From the NCBI GenBank assembly GCA_001563335.1, contig LRSL01000009.1:1-39366 (forward strand): DNA of 39,366 nucleotides. Reading direction: 5' to 3'. The stretch is from Candidatus Thorarchaeota archaeon SMTZ1-45 (lineage in GTDB: Archaea > Asgardarchaeota > Thorarchaeia > Thorarchaeales > Thorarchaeaceae). The translations under genes were made by a program, and so were the position numbers. Under the pieces are notes generated by a model, which searched no databases, was not told the origin of the DNA, and saw only the letters and a program-made list of their open reading frames with translations. Positions 36,905 through 39,366 of the stretch are shown piece by piece (the first letter of the stretch is position 1; each line of letters opens with the position of its first letter).

Positions 36905-37476
36905 GTCAACGAGTCCTAGTCTTTGGAGATGCTCATATCCCCGCACGAAGAGATTCCATTCCTGAGGCTTTCTACACTCATATACAAGAAACCACCTATG
37001 ATTTGGCTCTGATTACTGGAGACCTTGTACGGGAATCAGATATGCGGTCTGCTCTTCCCCCTCTTCCACGGAGTTTCATTGTTGTTGGGAACATGGACTA
37101 TAGTAGTCAGTATAACTTTCACGAACAGATTCAACTTGATGAGTTCAATATCCTTTTACTTCATGGCACCCAACTCCGACCTAGGGGCAACATTAAACAG
37201 CTCTCAGAGATTGTGCAGAAGATAGGAGCTGACATAGCTATTCATGGTCACACTCATACAGCCTCCATTGAACTCTACAAAGACCAGCTGTTTCTGAATC
37301 CTGGAACCATTTCAGGAGCCACAGGTGGTTGGGCTGGTAAGACTGATGCCAGTTTCATCGAACTTGAAGTGAGCAAAGACAGATTACTGGTAACACTCTT
37401 CCACACTGATTGGAAGGTTGTGAAAGAATCAACTGTACGATTCAGAAAACATGAGAGTCGAATTATACGACTCTAA
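36901..37476 (+). CDS. YfcE/Vps29-family metallophosphoesterase
   Basis: GDAHIP, GD, GNMD, HG, GHTH, NPG motifs. Confidence 0.88.
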   Translation: MSQRVLVFGDAHIPARRDSIPEAFYTHIQETTYDLALITGDLVRESDMRSALPPLPRSFIVVGNMDYSSQYNFHEQIQLDEFNILLLHGTQLRPRGNIKQLSEIVQKIGADIAIHGHTHTASIELYKDQLFLNPGTISGATGGWAGKTDASFIELEVSKDRLLVTLFHTDWKVVKESTVRFRKHESRIIRL

Positions 37477-38090
37477 TAATCTCCCCATGGGTCCGGACTC
37501 AAGAGCCTCATGTAGATTCGTTTGAGTATGTTAGAACTTACAAGTACAGCATCTCTGGTTGTGCTCTGGATGTCAACGGTCTTGGATGACACCTTGGGTG
37601 ATCCTAGAATCTTTCCGAACATCCCCCTCTTTCCTTTGCCACCTCCAAATGGTTTGACAATTTCAAGAGCCACCTTTTCAATCTCTTCTTCAGGAAAGAT
37701 ATCCCGTGTAAATCTAAGTTCTTCAAAGAATATTGAGAGGGTTTCTTTCACAGCCATTTTATCTGGAGGATCCTCTGGCAACTCAGAAACTATGTCCAAT
37801 GCTCTTTTCCTGAGATTCGATGATAATATTGACTGAATCTCCTCAGCAAGCTCACGGTTCAACGCGCATGCAACACCAATATTGATCATGAGAATCCTGA
37901 TTCGATCAAGAAGCATTCCTATGTTGCTACCGATCAATGATTTGCTCCTCATCGAAACCAGCCAGTCCTCATAGGTTTCATTGACCGTGCGTAACTCCTC
38001 CTCATACTTGACAAGTTTATCAATCTCTTCAGGTGGGATCAATGTGCACCACACGGTCATCTGGACATGGTTGCTGGACTCAGGTGACAT
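37473..38090 (-). CDS. Hypothetical alpha-helical protein
   Basis: 205-aa ORF, protein-like composition, no motif recognised. Confidence 0.7.
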   Translation of the reverse strand: MSPESSNHVQMTVWCTLIPPEEIDKLVKYEEELRTVNETYEDWLVSMRSKSLIGSNIGMLLDRIRILMINIGVACALNRELAEEIQSILSSNLRKRALDIVSELPEDPPDKMAVKETLSIFFEELRFTRDIFPEEEIEKVALEIVKPFGGGKGKRGMFGKILGSPKVSSKTVDIQSTTRDAVLVSSNILKRIYMRLLSPDPWGDY

Positions 38091-38191
38091 ATCATTGGAC
38101 TCGTCGTTCTCCGTTTTCAGTATTACTTGTGTATGTCTTTGCGCTTGTGAATTACTTCTAATACCCAGTTGACTTGCGTTCTGGGGTGGTT

Positions 38192-38467
38192 ATGGATATG
38201 ACAAGGTACAAGGTGACAATCGAAGTAATTGATATTCTGGGAGAGGGCAAGTGTTCCATGGACCAAAAAGTGGGCGATACCTATAGCTATCCTGAAGACA
38301 GAGGAAAAATGTGTCCCAGTTCATTTCATAATCTCTTTCCGTGGATAATGGTAATGGAATCTGGTGGAAGCTTTTTTGGTTCAGTGGAAGACCATATGAC
38401 AACTGGCTGTCCCGACTATAGACACCAAGTCGTTTACAAGATCTCCCGAAAAATTGTTGAAGACTGA
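38192..38467 (+). CDS. TIGR04076-like small Cys-containing protein
   Basis: GKC...VGD, MCP, CPD motifs; start adjusted to ATG after GGGGTGG. Confidence 0.8.
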   Translation: MDMTRYKVTIEVIDILGEGKCSMDQKVGDTYSYPEDRGKMCPSSFHNLFPWIMVMESGGSFFGSVEDHMTTGCPDYRHQVVYKISRKIVED

Positions 38468-38505
38468 TCTCTTTTATATGCACTAGACAGTTAGAGGATA
38501 GTTCC

Positions 38506-38877
38506 ATGGACGATGAAGCAGAGTATTCAATCAGCACTGATATCGAGTATGGTCCACTCGAATTGATTGATATTCCAAATCTAATCCAAGCAAGTAGGAA
38601 GAAATGGCAGAACTTCTCTTTATGCGAGGTGAATGATTGCGTTGTTAGGTTAGGTGTAATCCATGGAGAGTTTCATTGGCACAAACACGATAATGAGGAT
38701 GAATTCTTCTATGTGATTGATGGATCGTTACATATTGACACAGAAAATAAAGTTCATAGTCTGAAATCAGGACAGGGTTTCCTGGTGCCAAAAGGAGTCA
38801 TTCATCGAACAAGAGCTCCAGAACGTACATCCATCTTGATGATTGAGGGAAAGACAGTGACTCCAACCGGAGACTAG
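38506..38877 (+). CDS. Cupin domain protein
   Basis: GEFHWHKH..EDEFF, VPKGVIHR. Confidence 0.9.
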   Translation: MDDEAEYSISTDIEYGPLELIDIPNLIQASRKKWQNFSLCEVNDCVVRLGVIHGEFHWHKHDNEDEFFYVIDGSLHIDTENKVHSLKSGQGFLVPKGVIHRTRAPERTSILMIEGKTVTPTGD

Positions 38878-38920
38878 AAGCATCGAATTCAAAAGATTAC
38901 TTAGGACATTCTAATATGCC

Positions 38921-39366
38921 ATGGAAAACATTCGGCCTCTTCGAGATTCAGACAGGGAAGACATCCTTGAGATTGCTAAACACACATGGGAAGGTCATGA
39001 CTATGTACCATACTTCTTTGATGCGTGGATTAAGGACAAAGACTCATACACTGCTGCTATTGAGAGAAATGGACATGTTGTCGCTTTGGCAAATCTTAGA
39101 GTGATTGAGAATGGGCGAACTGGATGGATGGAGGGACTTCGCGTCCATCCAGACTATAGAGGTCAAGGGCTTGCATCCATTCTAACCCAGCATGTTGTGA
39201 AATTAGCAAGGGAGATTTCAGTCGAACGTATTCGATATACAACTGCTGTTGACAATGAGAAATCTATCCATCTTGGAGAATCTGTAGGCATGAAGAGAAT
39301 ATTCGATCTCGCCGTTCATTGGCAAGACAGAATGGATGAGGTGTCTTTGAGCGCTCCAGTCAGTTC
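38921..39366 (+). CDS. GNAT N-acetyltransferase, truncated by the window end (not in ORF track)
   Basis: Frame from ATG 38921: MENIRPLRDSDREDILEIAKHTWEGHDYVP...WMEGLRVHPDYRGQGLAS. Confidence 0.88.
   Translation, partial: MENIRPLRDSDREDILEIAKHTWEGHDYVPYFFDAWIKDKDSYTAAIERNGHVVALANLRVIENGRTGWMEGLRVHPDYRGQGLASILTQHVVKLAREISVERIRYTTAVDNEKSIHLGESVGMKRIFDLAVHWQDRMDEVSLSAPVS

Noticed and set aside
38916-39104. 62-aa ORF in the track
   Set aside because: Shadow frame of the GNAT gene starting at 38921.

Overview
Archaeal chromosomal DNA, probably Asgard (Thorarchaeia-like). This assignment is inferred from gene content and from the Thr-tailed beta-helix surface protein, and is not proven. The right two thirds (~18.5-39.4 kb) is mostly housekeeping: isoprenoid kinases, Trm5, Taw1, PCM, RibK/RbkR, translin, proteasome beta, Nog1, RtcA, NadM, ProRS, a MutS5-like ATPase and a Vps29-like phosphoesterase. 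The left third is accessory. Its main feature is a tRNA-Lys(CUU) gene (4570-4707) with two bulge-helix-bulge introns, at 37/38 and at 56/57 in the T-loop. Six degenerate fragments of this tRNA flank it: four 3'-end copies downstream, a promoter plus 5'-end copy upstream, and an anticodon-arm copy further upstream. Each interval between fragments holds exactly one membrane or surface protein gene, and no integrase is present in the window. Three fragments match the spliced tRNA across exon junctions. The arrangement looks like a tRNA-anchored, integron-like array of single-gene cassettes. Separately, an 18-20 bp palindrome (TACCGRCAWWTGYCGGTA) recurs next to TATA-like boxes near two paralogous Bat-type HTH regulators. 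All identity counts were made by eye.
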